A stretch of DNA of 64,000 nt from Phoronis australis (lineage: Eukaryota > Animalia > Phoronida). The first letter of the stretch is position 1. Every line of letters begins with the position of its first letter. The DNA lies in the NCBI GenBank assembly GCA_002633005.1, contig NMRA01000036.1, positions 1,350,139-1,414,138 of the forward strand. Reading direction: 5' to 3'. The position numbers were made by a program, and so were the translations under genes. Shown here one piece after another: positions 25,553 through 38,521 of the stretch. Below the pieces are notes generated by a model. The model worked only from the letters and a program-made list of their open reading frames with translations, did not search any database and was not told the DNA's origin.

Positions 25553-27412
25553 CAGCTTTGCGCCAAGACTACCCTTAGGCCTAACTGGTCGCTGGCCACA
25601 AACACAAAAAACACGAAAATTGAACAAAGTTTCTTTTTTGTAGCAACGTTTGTCAAAATGTATCAACGTTAAATCTTCACAAATTACAAAGTAGCCGATT
25701 GAACATGCCTTTCAGTTCAGCAAAAGTCGACATTGTAGGTGCCGCCAGAAATGAGACGAAGTCCAACGGGAATTGTGAGCACATTTATCACTTAATGAGT
25801 AACAACTGCGAGGCTGAAATTTGGTGAACACTGCTAAATCGTGCAGAATAGTAAGTAAAGATATGTCTAACTAAATTTCACCGTAATTTGTTGGCGAAAA
25901 CAATTTACACAAAGTTTTAAACTCGTAACTCATCCCGCTGTCCTCCAATATGGCCGACGCGATCCAAACAAAGTGACCCAAATTTCGCCACAAAACTTGC
26001 AATAACTTTACAGTGCTTGCCCCGATTTTGATACTTTTTCGATTTTTACTGAGTAGAATGTACTACCTTTCCGATGATAGCAAAGTACTTTTTCAAAACA
26101 AGAAAAAAATAAAACCGAAAAAAAATTGGTTCGACCCATATTGGTTCCTAGGTTCGACCCGCCTACGTAAGGAACTAAACACCAATGCTATTTTAACATA
26201 CTAAGTACGCGTAACATTCCAAAAAAATCAACGACCACTAACTACAAACTATAAATACACTACATATGCAAACGAATTACGATATATTACTAATAAAACA
26301 AAATAATGAAGACTTTTCGAGCAAGCCATAGCACATTCAGTTACAAGGAAAAAATGGCGGCGTTCAAGACAAGTTCCTGAACTGATGAGCCTGAAATGTG
26401 GGTACGGAAATAACCGATGACAACCGGTAATCATACGCTCAGAGAGAAGGGTCAAATACTGTTAAAAAATAGCTTTTGGCAAGAAAGGCGAAAAGAATAT
26501 AAAGAAAGGGTGTCGAAAATAAGAATTTATGTAGTAAGTATTTTCGGATACTGGAACCACATGGGCAGTTTGAGAGAAGGACTTTAATACTATAGACGGG
26601 GCGCACGCGCCACTGCTACTGACAATATTGGCCATATTGGAGAGAGCTACTTGTCACGTGACATGACTAATTGCCGTGTAAACAAATGGAGGAAATTGTC
26701 TATTTCAAAGCGTGATATCTAACGAATAAATAGGCCGAAGAGTGCGATTTTTCCAGAAACAGACAAAAACATTGATGTAGCACTTACATGTACATGCGTT
26801 TTTTAAGAGTTAACCAGTCGACAGGGAAAATATTAAACTATTAGAAGATCGCAACCAGTGGCAGATTCTCGAGTGGCCTGAGCGGCTTCACGCCTGTCAA
26901 TCCATTGCGAGCGTTTTATTTTTTCGCTTTCTTCAATAGTAACCATTAAGATCTTCCCAAATTTATCATTTAATTCATGTCGCTCGATGCAAATACATTA
27001 CATACAGGAGACGTGCCGCTCACTCGGGACGTACTTTCGTGGTGACCCATGCAATAAGCCTTTTCATGGAGTGTTGAACAATGCCCCCGGGTAATTTTGC
27101 AAAATTAAAATATGACCCGGGTTGCTTTTAATGGGGTCTAAATTTAATGTGAAATACTGTAAAAAATGACCTCAATGGGGTCATATAAATAAATGACAGG
27201 TTTTTAAAGTTCATTAGGGGTTCTCCCGTTCAGTACAGCGGTTGTGAGCGTGTGATAACATCTACTGTAGCTCCTTTGTTAACTGCAGAGCATAGTTTTT
27301 TGTCTGGTAGGACAACATGCAGATAAATTAAGTACCACACTTGTAACCGGTCACATGTGAACACAGTCAAACCCAGTACGTGGGTACGTTGGGACAGAAA
27401 AGATTGTTTTAA

Positions 27413-28879
27413 AGGAGCATGCCACCCAAAAAACAACCTAATTTGTATCAATTTAGATCGAGCAGTTCTACTCCATAACGACACGTACGGTTGCGTTACC
27501 TGACACCTGACGGCAGACGGAGGTGTTGAAATTATCCAATAACGTCATCGGTTTCACACACAGTCTGTTCAGCAGTTCACAACATGGGTTACTGGTGTCA
27601 GCTTATCGCTTGAAGTCATCGTTTAACACCAATAAAGCATCAAACTTCGATGTAAAACCCTTGAAAATACACCGAGTTCTTGTAAAAACGTGTTGTATTT
27701 ATTTCGCTCTTACGGATTTATTGGTATTTGGACACACCGTAGCCTACAAATAAGGTCCGTAGCAGTAGTTTGGGTTCTGTTCGGAGATAATTTAGTCGAA
27801 GTATTTCCCGTGAGATAGACAGGAGAACCTAGATCTGTGTTGTTTAGACTTGTGATTTTTTGAGTTCTAAACACAAAACGCTTGTTATCCTAGCCACAAA
27901 ACTGCAACTCTACTGTCGAGGACCGTGGATTCAGGTTCCGCTTTCTTTGGCCACACACCGTCAAGGCAGAAGTTGTACAGTGACAATCATTATTTGAGTA
28001 ATGTAAATGTAAATAAAGATTCCCCTAACATCTGGCCGTGGGATGGAAATCGAGTCGTTTCACAACCGTTTCTGCCAGCAAAACACTAAATTAGCATGAG
28101 CTCACACGGCCTCGGTGTTCCGTCAATTAGTTTCATTGCAACTAAAGCCGGTAACGCAGTGAGTTTATTCATTGCTGGCTCCTCAAATCATTTGCACTCA
28201 CGAACACTCCAATGGCATTACAAATTGCATCTAATGAGACAGACTTTGTTTCAGTTCATATAAGTATTAGTAAGTGTGAGAATAAGTCATTTTTGAAACA
28301 GAACGCTCAGTAATAAACGTCAACATGGCAACTCGCAATCCCGACTTAGGACGAGCTAGAGCTCATCAGTCCCGACTTCGCGAGTGGATCGTTAAGTTTT
28401 ACAGGCTATCAATTCGAACAGGAATACAGTGATGAACAAATACTAGAGAGGCGCCGTGAACAAGCTCAGACAACGGAACGGAGTTATTTGGTAAGCCGGC
28501 ATTCGTCAGGCACTGTCGACGTCTGCAGGCAACAGACACGGAGATGTTTCACTGCCTCATACTTGCTATTTACAGCGTACATTTCATTCTTCACTACCAT
28601 GAGCCACTTCCTAAGCATTTTGGACTCTCGTGGAAGTAAAAAAAACGATATACCCGCTTTCCTCGCACTGCTTAGTTCGGAAAAGCGGGAACGATGCACC
28701 GCAACATAGCGGCATTCACTCTGCATATGAACCACTGACGTCGCTAGCGTCGTTTCTCACCTTCCTCACAGGTTAACGCGACACCCTTTAGCAAGGTTTG
28801 GCCGACCGTATGCCAGGCGATGTGGATATAGACCGATTAAGACGGCAAAAAAACTAATTAAATCGGGTGACATTCTCCT
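27413..28879. mobile_element. Non-autonomous Kolobok-like DNA transposon
   Basis: TIRs aggagcatgccaccc / gggtgacattctcct with TTAA on both sides (27409-27412, 28880-28883). Contains a THAP remnant and a YQFE-type ORF remnant. Confidence 0.8.
28484..28735 (-). pseudogene. THAP domain remnant (N-terminus of Kolobok transposase)
   Basis: GISFFLLPRESKMLRKWLMVVK...KHLRVC fits THAP; truncated before the HF motif. Confidence 0.75.
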
Positions 28880-29183
28880 TTAACTTCGATTGTAGTTGGG
28901 CGATTTTGGTGATTCAAAAACCATAAGCTTCATCAGTATTTGATGGGCAATTCAGAAATGTCATTGGTATATGTTCAAACATTTTATAATTTAACTTATT
29001 TTTAACAGCACAGCCCAGTGAGGATATAAGATACGACCTTATCGGAGATTAGATCAATTACCGAACAAAAGAGAGCTGACCCTCCAACCATGAATGGACT
29101 TAACCAGTCGTCAGGGGAAGACATTGGCTACAGCGGTCATCCGCCCTACTTGTGATACACAACTTAAAATGTTAGACTCAATG

Positions 29184-30103
29184 CAGTGGCGGATCTAGGA
29201 TATCACAAGGGGGGAGCCAACATTTTGTCCGGCTGTAAGCACTTTCGCAAACTGAACCACGAATGTAGATGCGCATAGCACCGAATGGGGGGAGGTCGGG
29301 AGAGAGGTTTGCCCAGGAAATTTTTCTGTTTTTACATCTAAAAATCAAGCATTTTCCTTGATTCCTGAAGTTATTATCCAAGAAAAAAAAAAGAAAAAAA
29401 AACACGGAGAACGTGTCAAACAGGAACGTACCAAAGACTCGTACTCACGACCTGGCGGACAGAGAGCGCGTGCGTTACCACTACACCACCACGATTTAAC
29501 TACTACTGTCATACTAAAAGACCTACTTGTTTATGGTCCACAGCGTTTGCGCGTGATACCTACTTCTTTTCGTAATGCTTATTACACGTTTTATATTTTG
29601 TGCTATAAATTCTTAACAAATTTGTCGTATTTAAATTCTTCAAATGCCCAAAAGACCAAATCCGTTTTTCGTGTTAGCAATAATGACGGGATTGCTTTGG
29701 AAATCGTTTTAAGATGAGGTTTGACAAAGAGAGTATTGCGAGTTTCTGAGTGATTCACTAAGGCTTCGATTAAAATTCACATCTTACCAGCAGCTTCTGT
29801 TTTTTCATAGTCACTCAGGTTCCATTCTCTTTAAAAAATGAAGTAAATTTTCTTCATTGCACAGTGGAGCAGACGACGAAAACGGAGTCGTAGTACGCAG
29901 CGCCACTGCCGGTCGCCTGGGATATCGCGGGAGAGCCTATACTTAGCCATAGTTCCGTTANTAAATCTTTTTTCATCCGTATAATTTTAATTACCGGGGT
30001 TAATTAACAAACTCACCATTTCCCTACGCTCTTACTGTTTCATTTTTTGCGGCAGCCAAGGGGGGGGGCCGGGGCCCCTGGGCTCCCTCTAAATCCGCCT
30101 ATG
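29184..30103. mobile_element. hAT-like MITE
   Basis: Termini cagtggcggatcta / taaatccgcctatg and G/C-run subterminal motifs; no clean 8-bp TSD. Confidence 0.5.
29425..29492 (-). repeat. tRNA-derived (SINE-head-like) sequence
   Basis: Minus strand has GGTGTAGTGGTAA (A box) and GGTCGTGAGTACGAGTC (B box-like); no intact cloverleaf. Confidence 0.5.
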
Positions 30104-30617
30104 CAATGGGAGAACGCCGTAATGTAAAAAGCAGGGAACACAGACTCAGTTTTTTTCCTGTGCATCGCTCGGAACTGCCAACGTAGAAATATTCTTCTCT
30201 CACGCACGGTATTCCTCTCTCACGGATCTGAAGACCCCAATCAAGCACCAGTCACTTGTTGGCGTTTTGTAGTATACCCACACCGTGTAATTGTGTGCTC
30301 ACAAAGAGATCAGCCCCGCTCCCACTCATTATTTCAAACCATTCCTTTCCGTCTCCGCCCTTAGTCTGCACGACCCTCAGCCGAGAAATTTTAAATAAAT
30401 TCTTCTCTCACGCACGCTGTCTGCCTTTCCCAAACCCCTGTTGCGGGGGAACCGTTGAATAATGACGGGACAGGTTTTCACGGACGTGGAGTCATTTTTT
30501 CATGGGCTGAAAATTCTTCACATTAGATTTAGACCCTGCGAAAAATCTAACCGGGGTTTTGAGTAAAACTTGGCTTGAAAATAAAGCTCCCACAATACAC
30601 CAATACGTAGTCTAATT

Positions 30618-31261
30618 TCTCACATGACTTGGAATGTGTTACGACAAGACTTGTTGATAAAACCGTGGGCGAATCACAAAGTAGTACAAAGTAGAAATCC
30701 ATACGCCTTATATTTTATCGTCTGCAAAACATTAAAACAACAAACGCGCGCCAACCCAACAATGCCGGAATTCCGAGTGGTGACTAGGTCATGTCGCAAC
30801 TGTACGTACTTTCGGTCGGAAGGACATGCAAACAACTTCTTAAACGGACACACGGCGAATTCCATATCCACGTTCATTCAAACGGAAACTCGGCGAGGCT
30901 GTCTATTTGTGCTGTCTCAAGGTCAATTCAGTGCTCATGAGCGGGGAAGCCTTGCTGCCTGTTTTTGATAAACATTTTTTAAGTTTTAATATTACAAATT
31001 CAAAGACTATTTATCAGATTCTAACTTAAATATTTGATACGAAAGCTGAATGCAATTTACAGCTGAAAATAAAACTATTAACAAAAGCTAACTGAATTAC
31101 TTTATATTAAGCAAGTGTGTTTTCACAAAAGTTGCGTCATGAGTTTGAAAGTTATAGACACGTCGAGTTTTTCGGCCAAAAAGATCGTTTTTACGGTTCA
31201 TGTTACACTCATCTCAGATTGATATGGCATGGGCAAAACCTCTTGGAAATTTCGTCAAAAT
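30618..31261 (+). repeat. Dispersed repeat, copy 2 of 8657-9363
   Basis: Direct sequence similarity to 8657-9363. Confidence 0.9.
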
Positions 31262-31297
31262 CCCGAGGCTTGACTCTCTATTTATATAGGTTGCAAA

Positions 31298-31800
31298 CTA
31301 CATACATGTCAATTGAGCTAAGGCACTTTTTACACCAGTAAGAAAGATGTATTTGCCTATGGGAGAGAGGTGGCCTTCATCCGGATGAAACTGTGACGCA
31401 GCATGAGCTGTAATATCGAGGTATTTGATAGAGCATGATTTTGGCCGCCAAAGAATTGAACCTAGCCTGTGCTTTTTCATGGTCGCCATGCTGATTCTGG
31501 CGACGTCCAACCTGAGAGTGGCGCTATGTAGGATGATGTATAACAACTTGTCTTCCATGCGGGTCATGATACATAATTTAGGGACGACCTGGTTGAAGTG
31601 CATGCCACCTTTGCCTTGCTAAAAATGCTCTTGACGCCCAAGGACTGGAGACCGAGGTGCTAACCATCAGGGAGGATTTTGGCATGTAGGAAATGATAGA
31701 GGATTCCACAATCTACACCGTGAATGTCCTTGAAAGACAATCTCTGACAGCACCTACAAGTGGTTCTACATTGACTGCCACAGAATTTCTTGAAACTTTA
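31298..31800 (-). pseudogene. Possible degenerate DIRS/Ngaro tyrosine recombinase fragment
   Basis: Weak similarity only: F.PDEG...KYIFLTGVKSALAQL and an SSIISY-like N-terminal segment. Confidence 0.35.
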
Positions 31801-33841
31801 TGAGGGCTTGGGCAACTCCTAGATATGCATTACGTGCATTAAGTCACTTTTCTGGCTTTTCAAAAATAGAGTTTTTGGGAATTTTCAACGGGATGATTTT
31901 AGCCATTTTCAATGAGTAAGCGAGCAAAGGATATATATAGCATGTGGGAATAGGAAACAAGTGTGATTTGATAGTATTGTGCTAGTTTAGTCTATACACA
32001 AAGTCAAAAGTTTGGTCTTTTTCACCTAATTGGTTAACGTGTATCTTTACTGAGTATACCTTGCACTATTTGGGTTTTATAAAGATGCACTGCAAACATC
32101 ACCATTTGTACACGTTAAACGGATTTGGAGGTATTTCTTTAATTTAGATGGGTTGGGAAGCCGAAGAAGGCGGGATCGAGGTAGGGATGGGCCGTTATCT
32201 ACACCTTCTATGAAATTAACCGATTTTTTCTGTGAAGCCTGGTGACAAAATTCCCGTCAAATTGGTAGTGATGGGACAGTAGAGCGAAGGCTATGAGACA
32301 AAAGTGAAAGTGGTAATGGTTGCATAGGTTACGGTGCGCGACTTTGGTCGTTCAACAAATTACAAAACGCGATTTTGCTCGTACTGCGTGGTCTGCGTGT
32401 ACAACACAGTGTTACTCAGATCAGTCCCTAAAATACACCATATCAGAGTGTAGCATGTAACTAGAAAACGCATTGTCGTTGAACTAACTACATAACTCAC
32501 AAAGCCCTTAGAAAGGTAAAAATTGCATGCGTTTCATCCTAAAGAAATGTTGGCAATGTCTGCTTGAGCGACCACACGGAAAGAATCCTGGCTACATGAA
32601 GCATTTTTCCCCATTGATGATAAGAATTTTCTGGATTAGTATGCACACAAAAAGCTGTCTTTGTTAGATTACTCTCATGTAACTGGCGTGAAGGTAGAAA
32701 AGCGTCCCCTTATATAAGACGTCCTACTTTCCTATTCTGAACATGATCATCCAGGTACATTCAAACATTTGCAGGTCGGACATTCTTTACAAAACAGTAA
32801 TCCTTGCACCAGAGGTTTATGACATTAGGTCATGGGCCCTAGGCCACAAGAGAACTACAAAACCATTCCTGTGACCACTTTAGGGGGCAATTTAATTATG
32901 GTGTTTTTGATGTCACAAATCATTGTACTTTATGCATCAAAAAAGTTGCTGCGTTTAAACTAGCACATTTTTGTGAAATTTGATGTTAAAATTGTGCCAG
33001 TTCAGCAAATTCTACATGGAATTAAAAGTAAGAAAAGAAGATAATTAAGTGTGTTAAGTGTTCATAAAGGATGATACTGCAGACAATATTCCTACAGGCT
33101 GCATTAAGTCATAATAAACATCGAAGAAATATGAATTTATGGGTGCCACCTGTCGGTGAAATATGGAACTATTAAACATACTGTTTTATGCTGTTTTTAC
33201 TGCAGGTAAAACTATACTTATCAAACTTATTATGTCTTAACTTTATCTATCACACATTTACTAATCTGTCATACAAAAATTGCAATTGCTACAACTCTAA
33301 GGCATAACATTTGTCAAAAAATGGAGAACAAAAGTATAGAATAACAAAAATGCAATCGGATGACGTACAAAAGGTAGAGCAGCAGGTGGCAACTTAATAT
33401 TCTCAGCAAACCGAATTGAATGATTGGAGTAACTGATCGTTCACTAGATGGGTGCTGATGCTTGGATTAGTCGAGTTGCCGAAGTGTTGAGACCAGACTG
33501 AGAACTTGAGCTATTGGCAGGGGCGTAGGGTTTGGCAATGGGACCAGCTTTCAAAATCTGTCCACCTGTTTGTGAAAGATGGCGTCAGCCATGCTATTAT
33601 CGACAACTTCCACGTACTGGACTCAGAATGAAACATTGCGATGTAGGGACAGAAATAACGGCTGATAATGTAGAGCAAGGCGTCACTGTCAACCTATATG
33701 ACGGCCCTATAAAATAAATGTTAGGACAACTAGAAATAGCTCCAGAAAAAACGTCAAGTCCTTCACGAAAAGAGAAGAGTTTGGCGGTCATTTGAAGAAT
33801 GCACACTGTTGTTTAAACATGACTCAGATTTTCATGTCCAG

Positions 33842-35218
33842 GGCCCGGTCTCCAATCTCCGTACTCAGACTCGAATCATGCTCAAACTCACACTTCATAC
33901 TCAACTCGAGTACAGACTCAGCTTTGGTGTATTCAATGTCATACTCGAAAAATCTGTACTCGATTTTCCAGCACGTACTCAGTTTTCGAGTGTACTCGAA
34001 CTGAAGTGTATCTCATCTATATTTCGAGTACGATTTTGAGTAAAAATTCCGAGTCTATGCTCAAATTTCAAGTTTGGTATGGCAGTGTGCTTGAAATCGT
34101 ACTCGAAAATAAATACGAGCCAGAGAACAAAATATCGAAAGGGAACCAAGAAACACAGCAAATCTAAAACAATAAGTCCTCTTACCGTATCTCAGCACTT
34201 CATTTTCAGTTCAGAGATAATAGTTTTCATCTTAAATCTTCTTATTCTTCACCTTATTAACCCGCCTTATCACTGTATGTTATGCCCGCCATTCTACCTC
34301 TACAATTCCTGGCAACAGGTGCATTGTAATCCCTTGTCGGCGAGTCATAACAAGCGTCGAAAGCAGTTGTGGGAAAAGTCGTGTGAGAAGTTTGTGCTGC
34401 CCTTGTTTCGGTATGTGTGACTACGTTTTGTAGGGTTTCCAAAAGACGAGGAGGGGAGGGAAGTTAGAAAAGTTCGCTTCCCTGTCAGGTACATTTCTCA
34501 TCATAACTTAGTCATCTATAATTCCGCAATCCCCAAATGGAATACCAGATTTTGTTAGCCGATTTCTAAGTAGACTTCTCGTCCCGTTCACTGCCACTGG
34601 TGAACTCTGAATGCCTGCACAAGTATTGTTTTTTAACTCATGTGCCAAATGTCAACTCACTTGATACATCCCGGTAAAATACACGATACAATATCAAAGT
34701 TTGACATCAGCGTAGGCCTACACAGCAATGGGTTTATGTCAAAGTAAATTAGCAACAGAGATGTGATGTGATAAGCTGTTACAAATTTCTTAAGACGTTT
34801 TCGGGACGAGGAACTCAATAAGTAAAGCTTAATAATTGCCAAATGTATCAAAGAAATGACATAAGAATATTTATTGAAACTAAAAATTGAAGAACAGTTA
34901 CAGAACACTCAGAATTCCACGTTATAGACATAATCTTGTAGTTGTAGCGACAGCAGACGATAATGTAGGCCTAGTTCCTGGGGTGGTCTATTCTAATAGG
35001 GAGCGATGAATCAGCGCGTCTTTGCGTGATTTTGCATTTCACATCATAAAGAGTTCCATAGCAACTCGAGTATGAGTGTCAGATTTGAGTACGTTTGGAG
35101 TCTACTCGAAATACGACATTAGATACGCTTTTTTGAGTACGACTCCAGTGAGCACAATTTTGAGTATGAAATCTCGAGTATGAGTATGAGTCTGAGTACG
35201 GAGATTGGAGACCGGGCC
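33842..35218. mobile_element. Complete non-autonomous Harbinger/PIF element
   Basis: Perfect 31-bp TIRs ggcccggtctccaatctccgtactcagactc, CAG TSD (33839-33841, 35219-35221), many subterminal (TA)CTCGA repeats. Confidence 0.9.
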
Positions 35219-35570
35219 CAGGTTGCCTGCACTGACTGTGTGTATAGGAAGAGGTTATTACTTGTGGTCCACTCCGACTTGACGAAAAGGTGACGCCGTT
35301 GACGGGATCCAGAAACAACAGCTATAATCGCACGACTTACACCGTGGCCTTAGACACTGATAAGTGGTGGTGAGGATTGCGTGTCCTTGTGACGTGATAG
35401 AGCCTGCGAATAAACGCGCCCGAAACCGAGACGAGCTTTGAGAAAAAATTCAACATGGCTGTGAGATAGTCGAGCTCCCTACGCGTCATTTTGGTCATGT
35501 ATATTAGGGTAGATAATGCCTTTGTAAAACCGCTTTGCGGTGGTGATAATGTGGTAACATCATTTCTAAA

Positions 35571-35927
35571 ATTTATTGGTCTATTTAAACCAACCTGTAG
35601 CCTCTTTACATTGGCAGGACGTTTCGGTCGAACATTTCTCCGGTCGTCTTAGGTGTTACAGTGTTCTCAGAACGACCACAGGTTTATGCTGCACTCACGA
35701 TAGTCCGTGATGAGCATTTTCTCCTTTTTTGGCGCAAGCTGGGATTGAACAAGGCAATCTGGATTGTCAGTCCAGTACTCTAAACGCTACACCACCGAAT
35801 CACACTAAATACCCTTGCTCGTTCTTCTAGGGTCGCTGCAACACCGGAAGATGACTGGAGAAATGACCGACCAAAACGTTCTGCCAATGTAAAGAGTCTA
35901 GAGGTTGATATAAATAGACCAATATAT
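35571..35927. repeat. Inverted ~90-bp repeat pair resembling Penelope pseudo-LTRs, with a tRNA-like spacer segment
   Basis: Arms are 35571-35661 and 35836-35927, each carrying a degenerate CTGAAGA..GAAAC core. Minus-strand A/B-box-like sequence lies at ~35738-35802. Confidence 0.7.
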
Positions 35928-35929
35928 CC

Positions 35930-36620
35930 AAGGGTAGACATTGTAGTTCAGAGTTGGGATATTTTATTGTGCGGTATCCTTATTTGTTGCAGAGTGGTGC
36001 CTACGTGTAGGTGAAGGCCCAAGAATATGAGTTAGGTGTTGGGTCTGTCTGTTTCTTCTGTAGCTATTGGTACTCCAATCTCTCTGTAGAGTGCCAAAAA
36101 GTGGCCATGACTGAGTTGCATATGTTTGTACCTTGTTGGTTGACGAATATAAGTCGTCTAGGAAATGTTGCAGGCTTTAATTGATACCCTGACCAAGCCT
36201 GAATTGCCCATTAAAAAGCCGTCGCGAAGGTCTCAAAGAGGTAAGGGGAGGCATTTGACAATAAAAAATGCATTTGGTGTTGGTAACCCAGGAGGTCTAA
36301 GTCGCTTGGGTGCATTGATAGTAACTCAAAGGCTGACGCAATGTCCATTTTTCCAACTGAGCATCTTGGCCAACATGGCTTACCAGGTCTATAACTTTCT
36401 CACAGCTTCTGTACCGGACCGTACAGTAATCTGGCTGAATTGTCTCATTGACACCTTCAGGGTAGCACAACTAACCATGGGACTTAGATATGAGAGCAAG
36501 TGGGAGGTACGAAGCATGTAGAAGATGCGCTAAGTCTATGCGACCAGGCTCCCACTCCTTCATGATGTTGTCTCAGTTTTGCTGGGGGTGCTGAGCGGCA
36601 GATACCAAATTTCTAACAGT
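35930..36620 (-). pseudogene. DIRS/Ngaro reverse transcriptase fragment
   Basis: Minus strand reads YPEG.NETIQPDYCTVRY, KMDIASAF, LLSMHPSDLDLLG, KCLP, HFLDD (YLDD) and IGVPIATEETDRPNT*LIFLGL. Confidence 0.8.
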
Positions 36621-38019
36621 GTTTTTTCTTCTTGGGCTTCTGTACTCTAATGTGAAGCCGTGTTGAATGAGTGCAGACTAATAGGTGAGTGGCTCACGCT
36701 TCAGGTACCGGCGGGGTTTGAGTGGTCGTGGTATATTGTCGGTACTAGAATTAAGATGCTGTCCTGAGGCGCAACTTATAACATCAAACTCACAATTACG
36801 CCTCTTTGTGGACTCCCATAAAAAGATGCCGCTTTCAAAGTAAAGCGAATAACATCAAATGAAACCTACTCAAACTGATGCCCAGTGTGACATGTCATGA
36901 CCCTCATTTAGGCAATATAATTTGATACATATCCAGGAAAATTTGTGAAGGTTCACTTCAGTTTCACTCAATGAGCTCGCCGCATGGAAGAGAGGGAGAG
37001 AGAGAAAGGGAGAGGCAGAGGGAGAGAAATGTGGAGTCAATGAACAGGAAAACAAATTTCAATTGCCTGAATGAAGGGGGGTTATGACATAGTGCCACCA
37101 ATCTCAATGTATTTTATTAGTTCTAATGATGGTTTTAATTATGTGTTGAGCTACACTGGAACTGTTAGAGTTAGCGTTGGGTTTGCTCATGTGACGTCAC
37201 GTCCTCAATGATTTTTCTTGGTGTGATAATGCCGGATTTGCCATGTTGAAAACTTTTGTTCAGTTATCTTAGCAAGATTCAGATGTAAAGAAAAGTGTAG
37301 GGTGTCCTCTATATAGCGATCTTTATTAACAATACTTGCTACCTACCAGATATCCAGTGCAAAAAAGTTAAGAAACTTGAATGAATTTTTGTTAAAGGCT
37401 ATAGCAGAACGTTAATCTATATTGTCAGTGTGCTCATTAGTATAAAATTGTTATTTGTAAAATAAGCCAATGGCCTTATTACACTAATAAATAGATTGAT
37501 TGAATTTATTTTGATATGTGCACTGTCACATTGACATCACGTGACTTCAACGGCGGGCTCTCCTAAGTCTCAGCCCCAAGATAAAGGTTTTTAGTCAGAT
37601 GACAGTAAGTGTTAGTCACTAAGCCGTCAAGCGAACCATGAAATATTACAAATCACCGAGCCATGAACACCGTAACCACCAAGCTGCTTTCACGCGCATA
37701 AATCACTCTGATGCTGACCTACCCATGTCCACACCAATTACAGCGAGGGCAAAAGGCGAGATCGTCCGATCTTCGCACCACCTACTCATCAGGTTTCTAT
37801 AGCCACTAAAATAAGTCGTCCCCACGAGGCATGTACCTTGTAGGAACAAGTACTTACTCGTTACCAAGTCTTATCTAAAACAAATGGTAACTCACCAAAA
37901 TAGATGTAAATGGATATTTAAATACAATCATGAGGGTACAATATTGTACAGGTGTATGTAATTGTTTGGAGAGATACACCACAGCCTTAGCGGCACACAC
38001 TCAGCTGAAGAACCACGGA

Positions 38020-38155
38020 CTTCGCTGCGTCGCGTACTCACTTTCCTCGCAGGTTAACGCGACACCTTTCGGCAAGGTGAGATCGACTGTATACGACGTG
38101 ACGTGGATATAGACCGATTAAGAGGGTAACAACAACTAATTAAATCGGGTGGCAT
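38020..38155 (+). repeat. Second copy of the Kolobok right-terminal region
   Basis: Matches 28745-28875 (caggttaacgcgacacc, gtggatatagaccgattaag, ctaattaaatcgggtg). Confidence 0.8.
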
Positions 38156-38159
38156 AATA

Positions 38160-38521
38160 ATATTGGTGCAAATATTATGATAGTTCATCTGTGGTGCCTG
38201 GTACCGTGGCTATAAACACATGTAGAATTTTGAATAATGGCGGCCTTAATTTGCGTAAACTATGTAAATTTCTGATTTATTCACCAACAAACATGCACTA
38301 TAAAATTTGGTGACCATGGAAACATGGGTGAAAACGTCAGAAAGTGTCTGCGGTGCTTGGTAAGGAAATTATCAGCAAAAATAGATTTTTATAATGTCGG
38401 TCTTAATTTGCATATTTAAAAATGCTCAAGGGCTGTGAACGGTCACACCACCACCTAAATAATGGTCACTTAAATAAAAGCATCGCGAAACGGCAAATCC
38501 AGGTTCAGTCCCCTGGCTCTC
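38160..38521. repeat. Academ subterminal/terminal fragment
   Basis: Similar to 12740-13050 and 51100-51500. Its end caggttcagtcccctggctc is the inverse of 10490-10508. Confidence 0.7.

Noticed and set aside
22620-27400. Assorted ORFs (e.g. 23661-24008, 24710-25108) and transposon-end-like sequence
   Set aside because: Probably fragments of non-autonomous DNA elements, but I could not pair termini or recognise protein motifs, apart from the small MITE at 25402-25552.
35738-35802. tRNA gene
   Set aside because: Only A/B-box-like motifs are present; I could not build an acceptor stem or full cloverleaf. The same applies to 29425-29492.
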